Counted from the stretch's first letter, positions 30,552 to 45,923 are shown. The stretch: DNA of 64,000 nucleotides from an uncultured Methanoregulaceae archaeon (GCA_963717525.1 OY970343.1:448001-512000), one strand, 5' to 3'. Program-made: numbers and translations. Notes: generated from the letters alone by a model not told the origin.

Positions 30552-30817
30552 TTAAAGAAGAACCCCACAAGTATATCCTTGATAATTTAAAAACGAGTGG
30601 CGGTGATCGTGTCCGTACAGCAGATGGTTGAGCACCGGACCGCTATGGAGGATGGTAATCATGAGGTGATCATGATCGTACAGTGCGGTTGATTCCGGTG
30701 TTAAACGTATTTTATCAACAAATCTGCTGATTCGAGCGAGGTTCTGATATTCCTATTGTTCATGTGTCTGTGTGCATGTGTCCTTTGGGTTTGCGTGCTT
30801 TCTCCAAGGGACATCAT
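30552..30817 (-). pseudogene. Possible decayed His-rich peptide gene
   Basis: Minus strand gives MMSLGESTQTQRTHAHRHM..., then HDHL, LHSG, GHDHRHS in broken frames. Confidence 0.35.
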
Positions 30818-31109
30818 CTTTATTGATCACCGAAGATTATAATATTTTCCTTTTAACTTTGAATAATATTAAGTACTAATTGTTATCTAATTCCTGAACG
30901 ACACGAATACAGAATGCAATGGCAAAAGAAGGCGGAATGTTTTCAGAATGATATACAAGCGCATATATCTATGTTACAAGACTGAAGATCTTCTCCGTTC
31001 ATGAAGCATCATCTCTTAAAATTATATTTGGTGTTTTTTCAAGAATACCAGATTCAGGATCCGGCCATAACCCCTGTGCAGGGGAATTGCGTAAAAAAAA
31101 GAAGAAAGA

Positions 31110-31319
31110 TTAGTCAACAGCGATCATGACTTCGCTGGACTTAATCACGGCATATGCCTGTTTACCTACCGCCAGGCCAAGATTAGCAACCGATTTCTTG
31201 GTAATAATGGACGTGATCTCCTGGTCTCCGGGAAGCTCAATGACAACTTCGGAGTTGACGCTCCCGGGCGTGATCGCTTTTACGGTGCCTTTCAGGATGT
31301 TTCGCGCACTGATCTTCAT
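31110..31319 (-). CDS. TOBE/Mop (molbindin) molybdate-binding protein
   Basis: MKISARNILKGTV...ITSIITKKSVANLGL..GKQAYAVIKSSEVM. Confidence 0.9.
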   Translation of the reverse strand: MKISARNILKGTVKAITPGSVNSEVVIELPGDQEITSIITKKSVANLGLAVGKQAYAVIKSSEVMIAVD

Positions 31320-31742
31320 ACGTATCACCACAGGGAACTGGTGTTGTTCTCTATAAGTACTTTATGATGATTCAAACCAGCCCTTCAAGATTTTTCGGAA
31401 ACCCCATAGTTGCTTTAAATTAATTCAGATTACGGCTCCAAAACGAGTAAATCTCGTGTATTGAATTAAAAGATACTTCATGATGCATGTGAATAACCCG
31501 GCTCTCCCCGGCCGGGAAATGATCAGAGGCGATAAAACTGCTGGAAAGTATTTTACATTCTTTCTTATCAATGCACTATTTTCGCTACAATTGTATTAAT
31601 TGATCAAATAGAATAGAAAATACCAATGCTTTTTAACTACTAGGTATCACTATACATCATAATCGTAACAACATCTTGTGATTATTCCCGGATTCTTCCT
31701 GCTTTTAGGGGGGAATACAGGGACTATCGGAATGGAAATCCC

Positions 31743-32684
31743 ATGATACCCGAGTGGATGCAGAAGATCGAAATCGCACCCTGCGCCTGCTGTACCTTCA
31801 GTACCGGCAAAAAGAAGGGTTTTGTCCAGAAGGCAATCTCTGACATCTTTACGTTTTTTGAAGAATGCCTGGTAAATGACAGCATTGCGCAGCGCAAAGG
31901 TCTGCTGCAGAGCCTGGACCCCCGCGTAAAACTGGTTTCGATGGTTGTCCTTATCTTTGCCGTGGCTATGACCCATGACATCCGGCTCCTTGCAATCGTC
32001 TATGTGCTGACATTAATCTGTGCATACCTGAGTAAGGTCGAAATAGGTTTCTTCCTTAAGCGCGTCTGGGTGTTCATCCCGATATTTGCGGGAATCATCA
32101 TGATCCCGATTCTCTTCAACGTTTTTACGCCCGGCGATGCGCTGGTCACCCTCGCAACCCTGGGCCCGAACGCACACCTTGGCCCGTTTGCACTTCCTCC
32201 CGTCATCACCATCACCCGGCAGGGTGTGATGATGGCGGCTCTCTTTGTGCTGCGGGTTGCGACCTGTGTCTCAACGGCCGTCCTCCTTTTCCTCACAACA
32301 CCCCGGGATCAGCTCTTCAAATCCCTGCGATCACTCAAAGTGCCAAAGGTCTATGTCCTTACAATGGACATGTGCTACCGTTATATTTTCCTCTTTACTG
32401 ATATGGTCAGGGGGTTTTACACAGCAAAAAAAAGCAGATCCCTCAAAACCCTGCCTTTGGTTGAGGAACAAAAATGGGTGGGCAGCCGTGTCGGCTACAC
32501 GCTCATAAAGGCATTGAATATGAGCGAGAAGGTGCACGGGGCTATGGTTTCGCGGGGATTTAACGGTGACATCAAGATCATGCACCGGTATGTATTACAC
32601 CGGAGGGATTACGTGGCATGCGTGAGTGTCATTGCGCTCAGCCTCTTCCTGATGCTTGCCTCCCAGAACCTGATACGAGTGTAA
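31743..32684 (+). CDS. ECF transporter T component (NikQ/CbiQ)
   Basis: LQSLDPRVKL, multiple TMs, YRYIF, AKKSR, AMVSRGF. Confidence 0.88.
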   Translation: MIPEWMQKIEIAPCACCTFSTGKKKGFVQKAISDIFTFFEECLVNDSIAQRKGLLQSLDPRVKLVSMVVLIFAVAMTHDIRLLAIVYVLTLICAYLSKVEIGFFLKRVWVFIPIFAGIIMIPILFNVFTPGDALVTLATLGPNAHLGPFALPPVITITRQGVMMAALFVLRVATCVSTAVLLFLTTPRDQLFKSLRSLKVPKVYVLTMDMCYRYIFLFTDMVRGFYTAKKSRSLKTLPLVEEQKWVGSRVGYTLIKALNMSEKVHGAMVSRGFNGDIKIMHRYVLHRRDYVACVSVIALSLFLMLASQNLIRV

Positions 32685-32705
32685 CGAGGAGATACGAGGC
32701 ACACC

Positions 32706-33543
32706 ATGGAACCAATCTTCGATTTGCGTGATGTATCCTACACGTACCTGAGACGGTTCGAAGCGCTCAAAGGTGTGACAGCATCGTTCTATGCCGGCGA
32801 ACAGGTCGCTATTCTCGGGGCGAACGGGAGCGGCAAATCGACGCTTCTTGCGATCCTGAATGCACTGAGTTACCCCACGTCGGGAGAGTTTTATGCGTTC
32901 GGAAACCCGGTAAAAGAAGAAGTGTTCGATACCCTTGAGGACAATGAATTCAATCGTTTCTTCCGGAAAAAAGTCGGCTTTTTATTCCAGAATCCGGATA
33001 TTCAGCTCTTCTCTTCAACCGTTTTTGACGAGATTGCCTTTGGTCCCCTCCAGCTCGACCTGCCTCCCGATGAAGTACCTGATGAGGACGGAAGAGGTTA
33101 TTGCAATGCTGGGGATCGAAAACCTCCGGGACCGGGCGCCCCACATGCTGAGCGGAGGCGAGAAAAAGAAGGTCTGTATCGCATCGATCCTGTCCACAAA
33201 TCCCGATGTCCTGCTCCTTGACGAACCTACCGGGGGTCTTGACCCACGCAGCCAGATCTGGCTGATAGAGCTCATCCAGGATCTTGCGAAGTGCGGTAAG
33301 ACGATTATTACGGCCACCCATGACCTCAATATTGTCGAACAGATCAGCACCCGTGCCATCGTTGTCGGGGAAGACCATATGATAAAGGCAGATTCTGACT
33401 GCGCAGGCGTCATGAGCAACATGGACCTGCTGATATCTGCAAACCTCGTTCACCGGCATATGCACCGCCACGGCAAACTTCTCCACGAACACCTTCATGT
33501 CCACTCAAAAGAACATGACCATGTTCACAGCAATGCGTCGTGA
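32706..33543 (+). CDS. ECF transporter ATPase (NikO/CbiO) with His-rich tail, frameshift at ~33079
   Basis: GANGSGKST, FQNPD, LSGGEKKK, DEPT, THD; tail HRHMHRHGKLLHEHLHVHSKEHDHVH. Confidence 0.88.
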
Positions 33544-34020
33544 TGTGCGGAATTCCTGTTCTGCAGGTCCGGAGTTAAGAAAACCTGTAATCCGCGAAAT
33601 ATCCGGATAAAATCCTGACGGCTTTTTTCGTTTGCAAAAATGGTGTTCCCTGTTACTAAAACGCCAGGGCAGGGTTTATACAGCCCATACTCCGAAGAAC
33701 TGGCCGAGTTTATACAGTACGGTTATCGTGAGGCAGGTTCCGATTATTGCAATGTATATCAGGTTTTTATTTTCCTGAAAGAACGTTGTGACCGCATGGA
33801 TCATGGCAGGACCTTTTGTGCACAGGTAATTGCCGTTTTTTTGTCTTTTTGCCATGAATGTTCCCTTTCATCAATGATTATGTGCCTGAATTCTCACATC
33901 TGCCAGAATTCGTGTACATTTAATCCATCCATAACGTTTTGGGGGGAATAAACCGATTTCTTATCGTCCTTTCCCGGGAGGCGCTGAGAAAGTAAAAATG
34001 TATTTTCAATCCGGCAGATT

Positions 34021-34377
34021 TCAGTCATCCCGTTTAATAACCGCTTTTCCAATCAGATATGCGACTCCGCCAGCGATAAGAACCCCAACAATAGCCGATA
34101 CATAATAGCCCGGCGTCTGGGTTGGTATGGTTGTGTGGTCTCCCGGCAGATCATAACCGCCTAACGGGGCGCTCCAGAGGCCGGTCATCTGCTGAAGCCC
34201 GGCCGGAACATAACCTACTGCCTGCTGGAGTTCATCGGGGCCCCATTCCCCAAAGGCAGTTCCGCTTGCGATTAATCCAATGGGAACAAGTACCATGAGG
34301 ACAATCAGAGCAATAACGAGAACTCTGAACGTCTTGTCCAGTTTATTGAATTTACCCATAACATCCATACGGTTCAC
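34021..34377 (-). CDS. NikN-like auxiliary membrane protein
   Basis: TM, GTAFGEWG, WSAPLGGY, TM; immediately downstream of the NikM-type gene. Confidence 0.78.
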   Translation of the reverse strand: MNRMDVMGKFNKLDKTFRVLVIALIVLMVLVPIGLIASGTAFGEWGPDELQQAVGYVPAGLQQMTGLWSAPLGGYDLPGDHTTIPTQTPGYYVSAIVGVLIAGGVAYLIGKAVIKRDD

Positions 34378-34383
34378 CTCTCC

Positions 34384-35115
34384 TCACACCGGCGCCGCTC
34401 CTTGGCCGGTTTCTGGTTTTGAGTATTTTTCGATCTCAGATTTATAATTAAAGATAACGTCCGGATTGTTTTTCGCGATATAGGCAAATGCCAGACCGGT
34501 AACGATCAACTCCACCCAGCAGAAGAAACCAAAATGATCGATCAGCATTGCTGGTACAGTAACGTTGAGCCCGTAAGGCATGTAGAGGGGTACACCAGCT
34601 GCAGTGTGTTCCAGAATCGGTTGGATGCCCATCTCAAACCCGGCGACACCGGCAGCGATGCCCAATCCGAAATACCCTCCAATAGCTGCAGCAGCGATCC
34701 TCAGGTTTGAGGCAATCGGTGATTTCCCGGCGATGAGTTTATAGATGAAGTAGCCCACGAACGGGATGACGGTGCCCATATTGAAACAGTTTGCCCCAAA
34801 TGCAGTGATCCCACCATCCCCAAAGACGAGGCACTGGATAAGGAGCGCGACAGAGGTTGTCACGACTGCCGCCCAGGGGCCAAGGATGATTGCAACGAGC
34901 GCACTCCCCACCGCATGCCCCGAACTGCCGCCGGGAACAGGCACGTTGAACATCATGATCACAAACGAGAATGCAGCTGCCAGTGCCAGGTACGGCACCT
35001 GCCGGGACCGAAGGTTTTTCTGCACCCAGTACCCGGCATACAGCCAGATAGGGATCATAATCAGGTACATGGTGATGAAGGTCGTCGGACCTAGGTATCC
35101 ATCAGGTATATGCAT
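34384..35115 (-). CDS. ECF S component, nickel type (NikM/CbiM family)
   Basis: MHIPDGYL N-terminus, GGSSGH, GDGGITAFGAN. Confidence 0.9.
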   Translation of the reverse strand: MHIPDGYLGPTTFITMYLIMIPIWLYAGYWVQKNLRSRQVPYLALAAAFSFVIMMFNVPVPGGSSGHAVGSALVAIILGPWAAVVTTSVALLIQCLVFGDGGITAFGANCFNMGTVIPFVGYFIYKLIAGKSPIASNLRIAAAAIGGYFGLGIAAGVAGFEMGIQPILEHTAAGVPLYMPYGLNVTVPAMLIDHFGFFCWVELIVTGLAFAYIAKNNPDVIFNYKSEIEKYSKPETGQGAAPV

Positions 35116-35420
35116 GTTTTCTCCGGAATAGAATAACCGCTTTTTGTTATAAAAAACTGCCGATTTCGTAGCACTAACTACTACTAAATATTTAAAAATT
35201 TCAATTAAATTTTACAAGAGCAAAAAATAGTATATCGTTGTTACTCAGTATATAATGCGAGATTTTACGCCATCAGGATCTCGTATGTTCTGGCCCGGGT
35301 TCTGGACCCGGCGATGGCGCAGCAGGTTGTGGGGATGATTACCGGGATAGCGGTATAAAATCGCTCCCCGTTTATCCCACGTAGGAAATACCTGAAATCA
35401 TGGGGTCTGAACCCTGAAAG

Positions 35421-35557
35421 GGAATAAGCCCAAATTGGGCTCCTTTTCCGTATTTTGGATCCCGATCTCTTCAGGGGACGCCTGTAAATTGCTTCTTTTC
35501 AGTTCGTGTGGAAAATACGCCATATAATTGCTCCGTTTGCCAAAATACGGCTGATTT
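35421..35557 (-). repeat. Short degenerate third fragment of the dispersed repeat
   Basis: TAATTGCTCCGTTTGCCAAAATACGGCTGATTT (35525-35557) matches TAATTTGTCCGTTTGCAAAAATACGGCTGATTT near 61132. AATAAGCCCAAATT (35423) is the reverse complement of AATTTGGGCTTATT near 15587. Confidence 0.55.
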
Positions 35558-35691
35558 CGATGTCAGCTATGGGCCATTAAAGACCCTAGAATCGAGGCTA
35601 TTTTCGCCACCTTGTTTACCCCATCCGGCCCCTGGAAAGGCCGTAAAAAGGCCGAATATGACAATCTTTTTTCTGGGGGGGGGGTCGATGA

Positions 35692-36473
35692 TCATTGATC
35701 TTCGGGAAGGATCAAATCGTGGACCTTGTACTCAAGCGGGGTGTTCTCCAGGCGCTTGACAAGATTTGCGGACTCATCGTCCACGATAACGATCGCACAC
35801 GTGATCCCGTGGTACGCAGCATCGATAACGCCTTCAGATGCCCCAAAGAAGAGGTCAGGGTTCCTGCCAATGGATTTCAGTGCGATCGACGATTCAATCC
35901 CGACAGCCGCGACGAGTCCGGCCATGGCAACGATCTTTTTGAGTTTGTCCCTCCTGACTTTGAGAGAACCCCCGCGCTGGATCCGGGTACTATGCAGACA
36001 TTGATAACTCCCTCGTGGTGATCGATTATTCCGACCACATCAAAAATTCCCACGTCATTGTTCTTCTTTGCATCTGCATAGACCGTTGCGGTCGCCGACC
36101 TCGGTTTCTTCCCCGCACAGAGATACCCGTCCTTCATATAAAGACCGATGACGTCCCCCTTTTTCATGTCACCGGCAGCAATTGCAGTCCATACCGAGAC
36201 ATGCTTGATGATGTCGCGCCGGATATGCCGGACATATAATTCTAGGGCAGCTGCGTTCTCCATGACCCATGCCATCCCGGTCTTGGTCACTGCATAATTG
36301 CTCCGGCCACTCACGGCTACCATACCTTCGTCCACCAGATCGCGGATATATTCGGAGACGGCCTGCGGTGTCATGCCAATCTTTTCGGCAATCTCCAGCT
36401 GGCGTACGGCCGGCTGGCGTTCGGCAATCTCTACAAGGATCTGGAATCGCGAGACATCGCCTTTGTTCCGCAT
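35692..36473 (-). CDS. Winged-helix (MarR-like, COG1497-type) regulator, frameshift at ~35986
   Basis: RFQILVEIAERQP..RQLEIAEKIGMTPQAVSEYIRDL; continuation VP|RIQRGGS...VAAVGIE...PDLFFGA in the 35692..35925 frame. Confidence 0.8.
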
Positions 36474-36712
36474 AAGGAAGGGTATGGGTCCCTTTGTATC
36501 CTGGGTCAGGCTGCATCAGCTCCGGCGTCTTATGTACCAGGAAAAAGAGTGACGACCGGGAGCTGATTATTCTTTCGGGCGTTCTGATGAGTTGTCGATT
36601 TATTTTGGATTTTTCGAGAAGAATGAATATTGGTCATCAACCGTAAATGCATCAGAACCCAACTTAGCAATATTTATTTAGTTATATCAATAAAACATGA
36701 TCTCGTATTATT

Positions 36713-37411
36713 ATGCATATTATGGAAGGATTCTTACCCTGGCAATGGTGCGTCTTCTGGTACCTTGTATCAGCGCCATTCATCATTTACGGGATTTACC
36801 TCTTGAACCGTCAGGTTAAAGCGCAACGTGAAACACTCTCGCTTCTTGCAGTGTCAGGTGCATTTATCTTCCTCCTGTCTTCACTGAAGATGCCATCCCC
36901 TGTCGTGGGTAGTTGTTCCCATCCCACGGGGACCGGACTTTCGGTCGTGCTGTTTGGTCCTTTTATCACTGTCGTTCTCAGCCTGATTGTCCTTATATTC
37001 CAGGCGCTGTTCATGGCCCACGGCGGGATCACTACGCTTGGCGCGAATGTCTTCTCGATGGGAATTGCCGGGCCGCTTCTCGGGTATGCCGTGTACCGGC
37101 TGGGAAAAGCGGTGAACCTAAACATATTCATCAATGTGTTCCTCGTCACGGCAGTCGCGGACCTCTTCACGTATGTTATTACGTCGATCGAGCTCGCTGC
37201 AGCATTCCCGGCAACGCACGGCGGCTTTATGGTCTCGTGGGAGACCTTCTTTGCCATCTATGCAGTAACGCAGATCCCCTTAGCGATCCTTGAAGGCGTA
37301 CTCATTGCCCTCGTGTTCAAGTACATTGTCCAGAGCCGGGGTGATATCCTCGTCAAACTCAAAGTACTCACACCGGAGCAGGTTACTAAAATCATGGAGA
37401 GTTTCAAATGA
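36713..37411 (+). CDS. cbiM: Cobalt ECF S component CbiM
   Basis: MHIMEGFLP, GSCSHPTG, AHGGITTLGAN, TQIPLAILEG. Confidence 0.93.
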   Translation: MHIMEGFLPWQWCVFWYLVSAPFIIYGIYLLNRQVKAQRETLSLLAVSGAFIFLLSSLKMPSPVVGSCSHPTGTGLSVVLFGPFITVVLSLIVLIFQALFMAHGGITTLGANVFSMGIAGPLLGYAVYRLGKAVNLNIFINVFLVTAVADLFTYVITSIELAAAFPATHGGFMVSWETFFAIYAVTQIPLAILEGVLIALVFKYIVQSRGDILVKLKVLTPEQVTKIMESFK

Positions 37412-37734
37412 CCCTCACATTTTTCATGAAGTACAAACTTGAGATCATCTTTGCGGTTGTCGTCATCGTCTTTGCTGCAGTCTTTCTCATCCAGAATGCC
37501 AACATCCAGGCAAACGCCAAACCCGGACAGGAGACCTGGCAGGGTTCTGATGATATGGGCAGCGCTGCAATTGAGGCCACGGGCTATACTCCATGGATAC
37601 AGCCTCTCTGGACACCCCCCAGCACTGAGGTCGAATCCCTGCTTTTCAGCATCCAGTCCGGCCTCGGGGCGCTCGTGATCGGGTACTTCTTTGGCTATTA
37701 CCGGGGCAAACGGGATAGCGCGAAAGCTGCATAA
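37408..37734 (+). CDS. cbiN: Cobalt transport protein CbiN
   Basis: WQGSD, GYTPWIQPLWTPPSTEVESLLFSIQSGLGA..IGYFFG. Confidence 0.9.
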   Translation: MTLTFFMKYKLEIIFAVVVIVFAAVFLIQNANIQANAKPGQETWQGSDDMGSAAIEATGYTPWIQPLWTPPSTEVESLLFSIQSGLGALVIGYFFGYYRGKRDSAKAA

Positions 37735-37781
37735 CCTCTCTTTCATTTATTGACATCTTTGATCCACGATATGGATTCCTT

Positions 37782-38576
37782 ATGAAAATTCTGGAGGACA
37801 ACCTGGATTACTATGCACAGGCAAATGCCTTACGGGACGTTAACAGCTATCTCAAATTTATCCTTGGAATTGGGGCGATACTGATCTGTGTTGTCTCCCC
37901 GGGCCCGGTCGCCCCCCTGTTTATCCTCTTTACCCTTTCAGCGATCACGCTGGTATTCGCAAAAATACCGGTGGGGGTGTACGCAGAACTCCTCTTGATC
38001 CCGCTGACATTTGCAGTCTTATCCGTAATTGTAATTCTCTTCCTGAGCGGTGGCGGCGAACCAATCCTGACGTTTTCCATCGCTAACGTCCCGTTGACCG
38101 TCACGTCCGGCTCTGCAAATCTCGGATTCCTTGTACTGGTCCGGACCTTTGGCGGGATGTGCGGGCTCTTCTTTATCGCCCTGACCACCCCCATGATCGA
38201 GATCTTTTCTGTCATGCACGGGCTGCGCGTCCCGCCGGTGCTTATTGATCTTTCCATGCTGATCTACCATTTCATCTTCGTTTTTATCGGCCAGGCAATC
38301 GCTATCCACAACGCCCAGACTATCCGGCATGGGTACACCTCATTTAAACGATCAATCAATTCAATGGCGATGCTCGGTGCCATGCTCTTTATCCGTGCAT
38401 GGAAAGAGGCTGAAGACCTGATCATCGCGATGGATTCGCGATGCTATGATGGAAAATTGGAACTGCCCGGCCAGCAGAACCCCCCGAAGCCGGTAGCAAT
38501 TGCGTCTATCGCAGTCTACCTGGGGCTCTGCATTACCGTTGCAGTCATGACGAGCACAATTGTGCCTTTCAGGTGA
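37782..38576 (+). CDS. cbiQ: Cobalt ECF T component CbiQ
   Basis: Multi-TM; LTTP, AQTIRHGY, AMDSRCY; position in cbiMNQO. Confidence 0.9.
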   Translation: MKILEDNLDYYAQANALRDVNSYLKFILGIGAILICVVSPGPVAPLFILFTLSAITLVFAKIPVGVYAELLLIPLTFAVLSVIVILFLSGGGEPILTFSIANVPLTVTSGSANLGFLVLVRTFGGMCGLFFIALTTPMIEIFSVMHGLRVPPVLIDLSMLIYHFIFVFIGQAIAIHNAQTIRHGYTSFKRSINSMAMLGAMLFIRAWKEAEDLIIAMDSRCYDGKLELPGQQNPPKPVAIASIAVYLGLCITVAVMTSTIVPFR

Positions 38577-38579
38577 ACG

Positions 38580-39803
38580 ATGACAAACCTGCTCGAATTT
38601 GATGATATTCATTATGCCTACCCCAATTGCCGGGAGTCACTTTCCGGTGTCACCTTCTCGATAAAAAAAGGAGCCAGGGTTGCTCTGGTCGGCCCCAATG
38701 GTGCCGGGAAGACCACCCTGATGCTAATGTGCAACGGGGTTCTTGAACCCTCGAAGGGGCGTGTGCTTCTCGATGGCAAACCTCTCGCATATGACAGCAG
38801 ATCGCTTCGGGAGGTGAGGAAAAAAGTCGGTATGGTTTTCCAGAACTCGGATATGCAGCTTTTCGCGCCAACAGTGTACCAGGACGTTGCATTTGGCCCC
38901 CTTAATCTCGGTATGACACAGGAGGAGATCCAGTCAGCGGTCGCGAGATCGCTTGCAGCCGTGGGCCTTACCGGATATGAGAAGCGGCCGCCCCACCAGC
39001 TGAGCGGCGGTGAGAAGAAACGGGCCGCGATCGCCGGTACCCTTGCCATGGACCCGGAGATCCTGGTTTTTGATGAACCCACCAGTTCACTCGACCCCGC
39101 CGGTGCTGCGGACCTCATGGAACTGCTCGACGAGCTCAATGAGAAAGGTGCGACGATTATTATCTCCACGCATGATGTGGAGCTCGCCTACCTCTGGGCG
39201 GACCAGATTATCCTCATAAACAAAGGGACTGTGCTTCATGCGGGCACTCCCGAAGAGGTCTTTACGGATCCTGCGCTTGTGACTTCTTCGAACCTCAGGA
39301 TGCCTGCGGTGCTGGAAGTCTACACGGAGCTCGTCTCGCGGCAGATGGTAGAGAGAACGCAGTCCCCAAAGTCTGTTTTGCAACTGGTCAGCTCACTTGA
39401 ACAGAATTTCAGTAAACCACAGGTAGACAGGGCCCTTGGGACCATCACAGTCTGTGACGTGGATGCGACCGGGGCTGATGAAATCATGGCATGGATAGCA
39501 GACCACCCGGGGTTCAGGTGCGGGGCAATGGGGACCCGGGCGAAGAACATTGCCGAACATGAATCGATAAAACTCGATTTCACCTATGGAGTAATAGACA
39601 AAGGAATCCTGCGGGCACTCGTCGGGGAATGTTCGGTCCTCCTCACGCCGGCATCGATGGTGCCGCATGTGTTCCGGCGGGTTGAGACCTACTGCCGGGA
39701 GAGCGGCAATACGATTGCCGTTATCTCTATGAGGACTACAAATCGATCCCCCGCAACTGGTATCATGAAGGATGAAGGCAACAAAAATGAACCCTCACTC
39801 TGA
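38580..39803 (+). CDS. cbiO: Cobalt ECF ATPase CbiO with a ~130-aa C-terminal extension
   Basis: GPNGAGKTT, FQNSD, LSGGEKKR, DEPT, STHD; extra domain from GTITVCDV onward. Confidence 0.9.
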   Translation: MTNLLEFDDIHYAYPNCRESLSGVTFSIKKGARVALVGPNGAGKTTLMLMCNGVLEPSKGRVLLDGKPLAYDSRSLREVRKKVGMVFQNSDMQLFAPTVYQDVAFGPLNLGMTQEEIQSAVARSLAAVGLTGYEKRPPHQLSGGEKKRAAIAGTLAMDPEILVFDEPTSSLDPAGAADLMELLDELNEKGATIIISTHDVELAYLWADQIILINKGTVLHAGTPEEVFTDPALVTSSNLRMPAVLEVYTELVSRQMVERTQSPKSVLQLVSSLEQNFSKPQVDRALGTITVCDVDATGADEIMAWIADHPGFRCGAMGTRAKNIAEHESIKLDFTYGVIDKGILRALVGECSVLLTPASMVPHVFRRVETYCRESGNTIAVISMRTTNRSPATGIMKDEGNKNEPSL

Positions 39804-40866
39804 CAATCATAACCACCGCGAAGATAACGACCATGAACATGGCCATTTTCATGGACATCATCATGTTGAAGGCCATGAGAATCATCATGATCATCATGGC
39901 CATGGGCATGGCCATATGCACGGCGTTGTCGATCCTTCAATCTTTGCAACCGAACGGGGCATCTGGGCGGTCAAGTGGTCGTTTGTCGGTCTGTTCATTA
40001 CCGCGATCCTACAGATCGTCGTTGTGTATTATTCTGGGAGTATCGCGCTCCTTGCCGATACCATCCACAATTTCGGGGATGCGCTTACCGCGATTCCGCT
40101 CCTGTTTGCATTTCTGCTTTCCTCGCGAAAACCGACCTACCGGTTTACGTACGGGTACGGGCGCGTTGAAGATCTTGCTGGAGTGGCTGTCGTCCTGATG
40201 ATCCTTATATCCGCGATTGTTGCCGGATATGAATCCATCAACCGGCTTATTCACCCTCAGACCGTGACGTTTCTCTGGGCTGTTGCGATGGCAGCAGTTA
40301 TCGGGTTTATCGGGAATGAAGCGGTAGCACAGCTCCGTCTCCGCGTGGGAAAGGAGATCGGCAGCGCGGCGCTCGTTGCGGACGGCTACCATGCACGGAC
40401 GGACGGGTGGACAAGCCTTGCGGTCCTTTTTGGAGCCATCGGGGTTTATCTCGGATTCCCGCTTGCCGATCCGATTATCGGTCTTGCCATTACGATAGCG
40501 ATATTCTGGATTGTCTGGGATTCGGCAAAGACCATATTCACCCGGCTTCTCGATGGAGTTGACCCGGAAATCCCAAAAGAAATTTTCCATGTCGCACACC
40601 ACGTCAGCGGCCTCCGTAAAGTTACCGGTGTAAAAGTGAGATGGCTGGGACACCGGCTCCACGCAGAGGTCAGCATCACGGTAGATTCGTCACTTTCCGT
40701 TGAGCAGGGGCATACGATTGCAAAAGAAGTCCAGCATGAACTTCTCCATCATCTCAAGTACCTCTCGGATGCAACCGTCCATGTGGATCCCATAACTGAG
40801 TCCGGACCAGCGTACCATCATATCGAAGAGCATAGCCATGACGGATTGCCTGCGCATTCGCATTGA
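39787..40866 (+). CDS. Cation diffusion facilitator (CDF) with His-rich termini
   Basis: SIALLADTIHNFGD, FTYGYGRVE, ADGYHARTD, VHVDP; poly-His N-terminus. Confidence 0.92.
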   Translation: MNPHSDNHNHREDNDHEHGHFHGHHHVEGHENHHDHHGHGHGHMHGVVDPSIFATERGIWAVKWSFVGLFITAILQIVVVYYSGSIALLADTIHNFGDALTAIPLLFAFLLSSRKPTYRFTYGYGRVEDLAGVAVVLMILISAIVAGYESINRLIHPQTVTFLWAVAMAAVIGFIGNEAVAQLRLRVGKEIGSAALVADGYHARTDGWTSLAVLFGAIGVYLGFPLADPIIGLAITIAIFWIVWDSAKTIFTRLLDGVDPEIPKEIFHVAHHVSGLRKVTGVKVRWLGHRLHAEVSITVDSSLSVEQGHTIAKEVQHELLHHLKYLSDATVHVDPITESGPAYHHIEEHSHDGLPAHSH

Positions 40867-41313
40867 ACCGGTCAGGACAGAAAAATTGTAATGATGCTAT
40901 CATGAGATGGAGATAAAAATACCAAAATTTTATGCCGTCAATTATTATTTGCGAACGAACCATCTCGCTGCAGAAAGCCGGAACCGGCATCCATCCGGGG
41001 TGGAAAGAATCTTTTTTTTATCCGGGCTCCTGCTCAAATATTGGATCTGAACCCTTTTTTATCCGGGAGATCCTCGATATGACCGGTATCGACATCGAAA
41101 AGATCGGCGATCCCAATGCTCTTTGTTTTGAGATCCATATTCCCGGTGGAGGTTACCGGTTTTTCCGAAGAATTTTCTTTAAAGAAAAGGCGCCCGGTCC
41201 CCGCCCATTCCCACGCCTGATTTTATGACGGCAGGATTTTAATGTCCCAGCACCAATAATTATTGTGATAATCTCAGGGAATTTTTTACTGATTTTTACG
41301 AGGGGGTTTTTCC

Positions 41314-45923
<4,610 letters not shown>

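Noticed and set aside
29700..36712. A defined palindromic NikR operator
   Set aside because: Only half-site-like words (GTAACA, GTAGCA, GTAATA, GTATCA) with inconsistent spacing were found; no consensus can be supported by eye.
40975..41170. Further 32-bp arrays upstream of gyrB and at 52860-52975
   Set aside because: Similar T-tract/CCGG composition (TTTTTATCCGGG twice, 42 nt apart) but no consistent 32-nt register.
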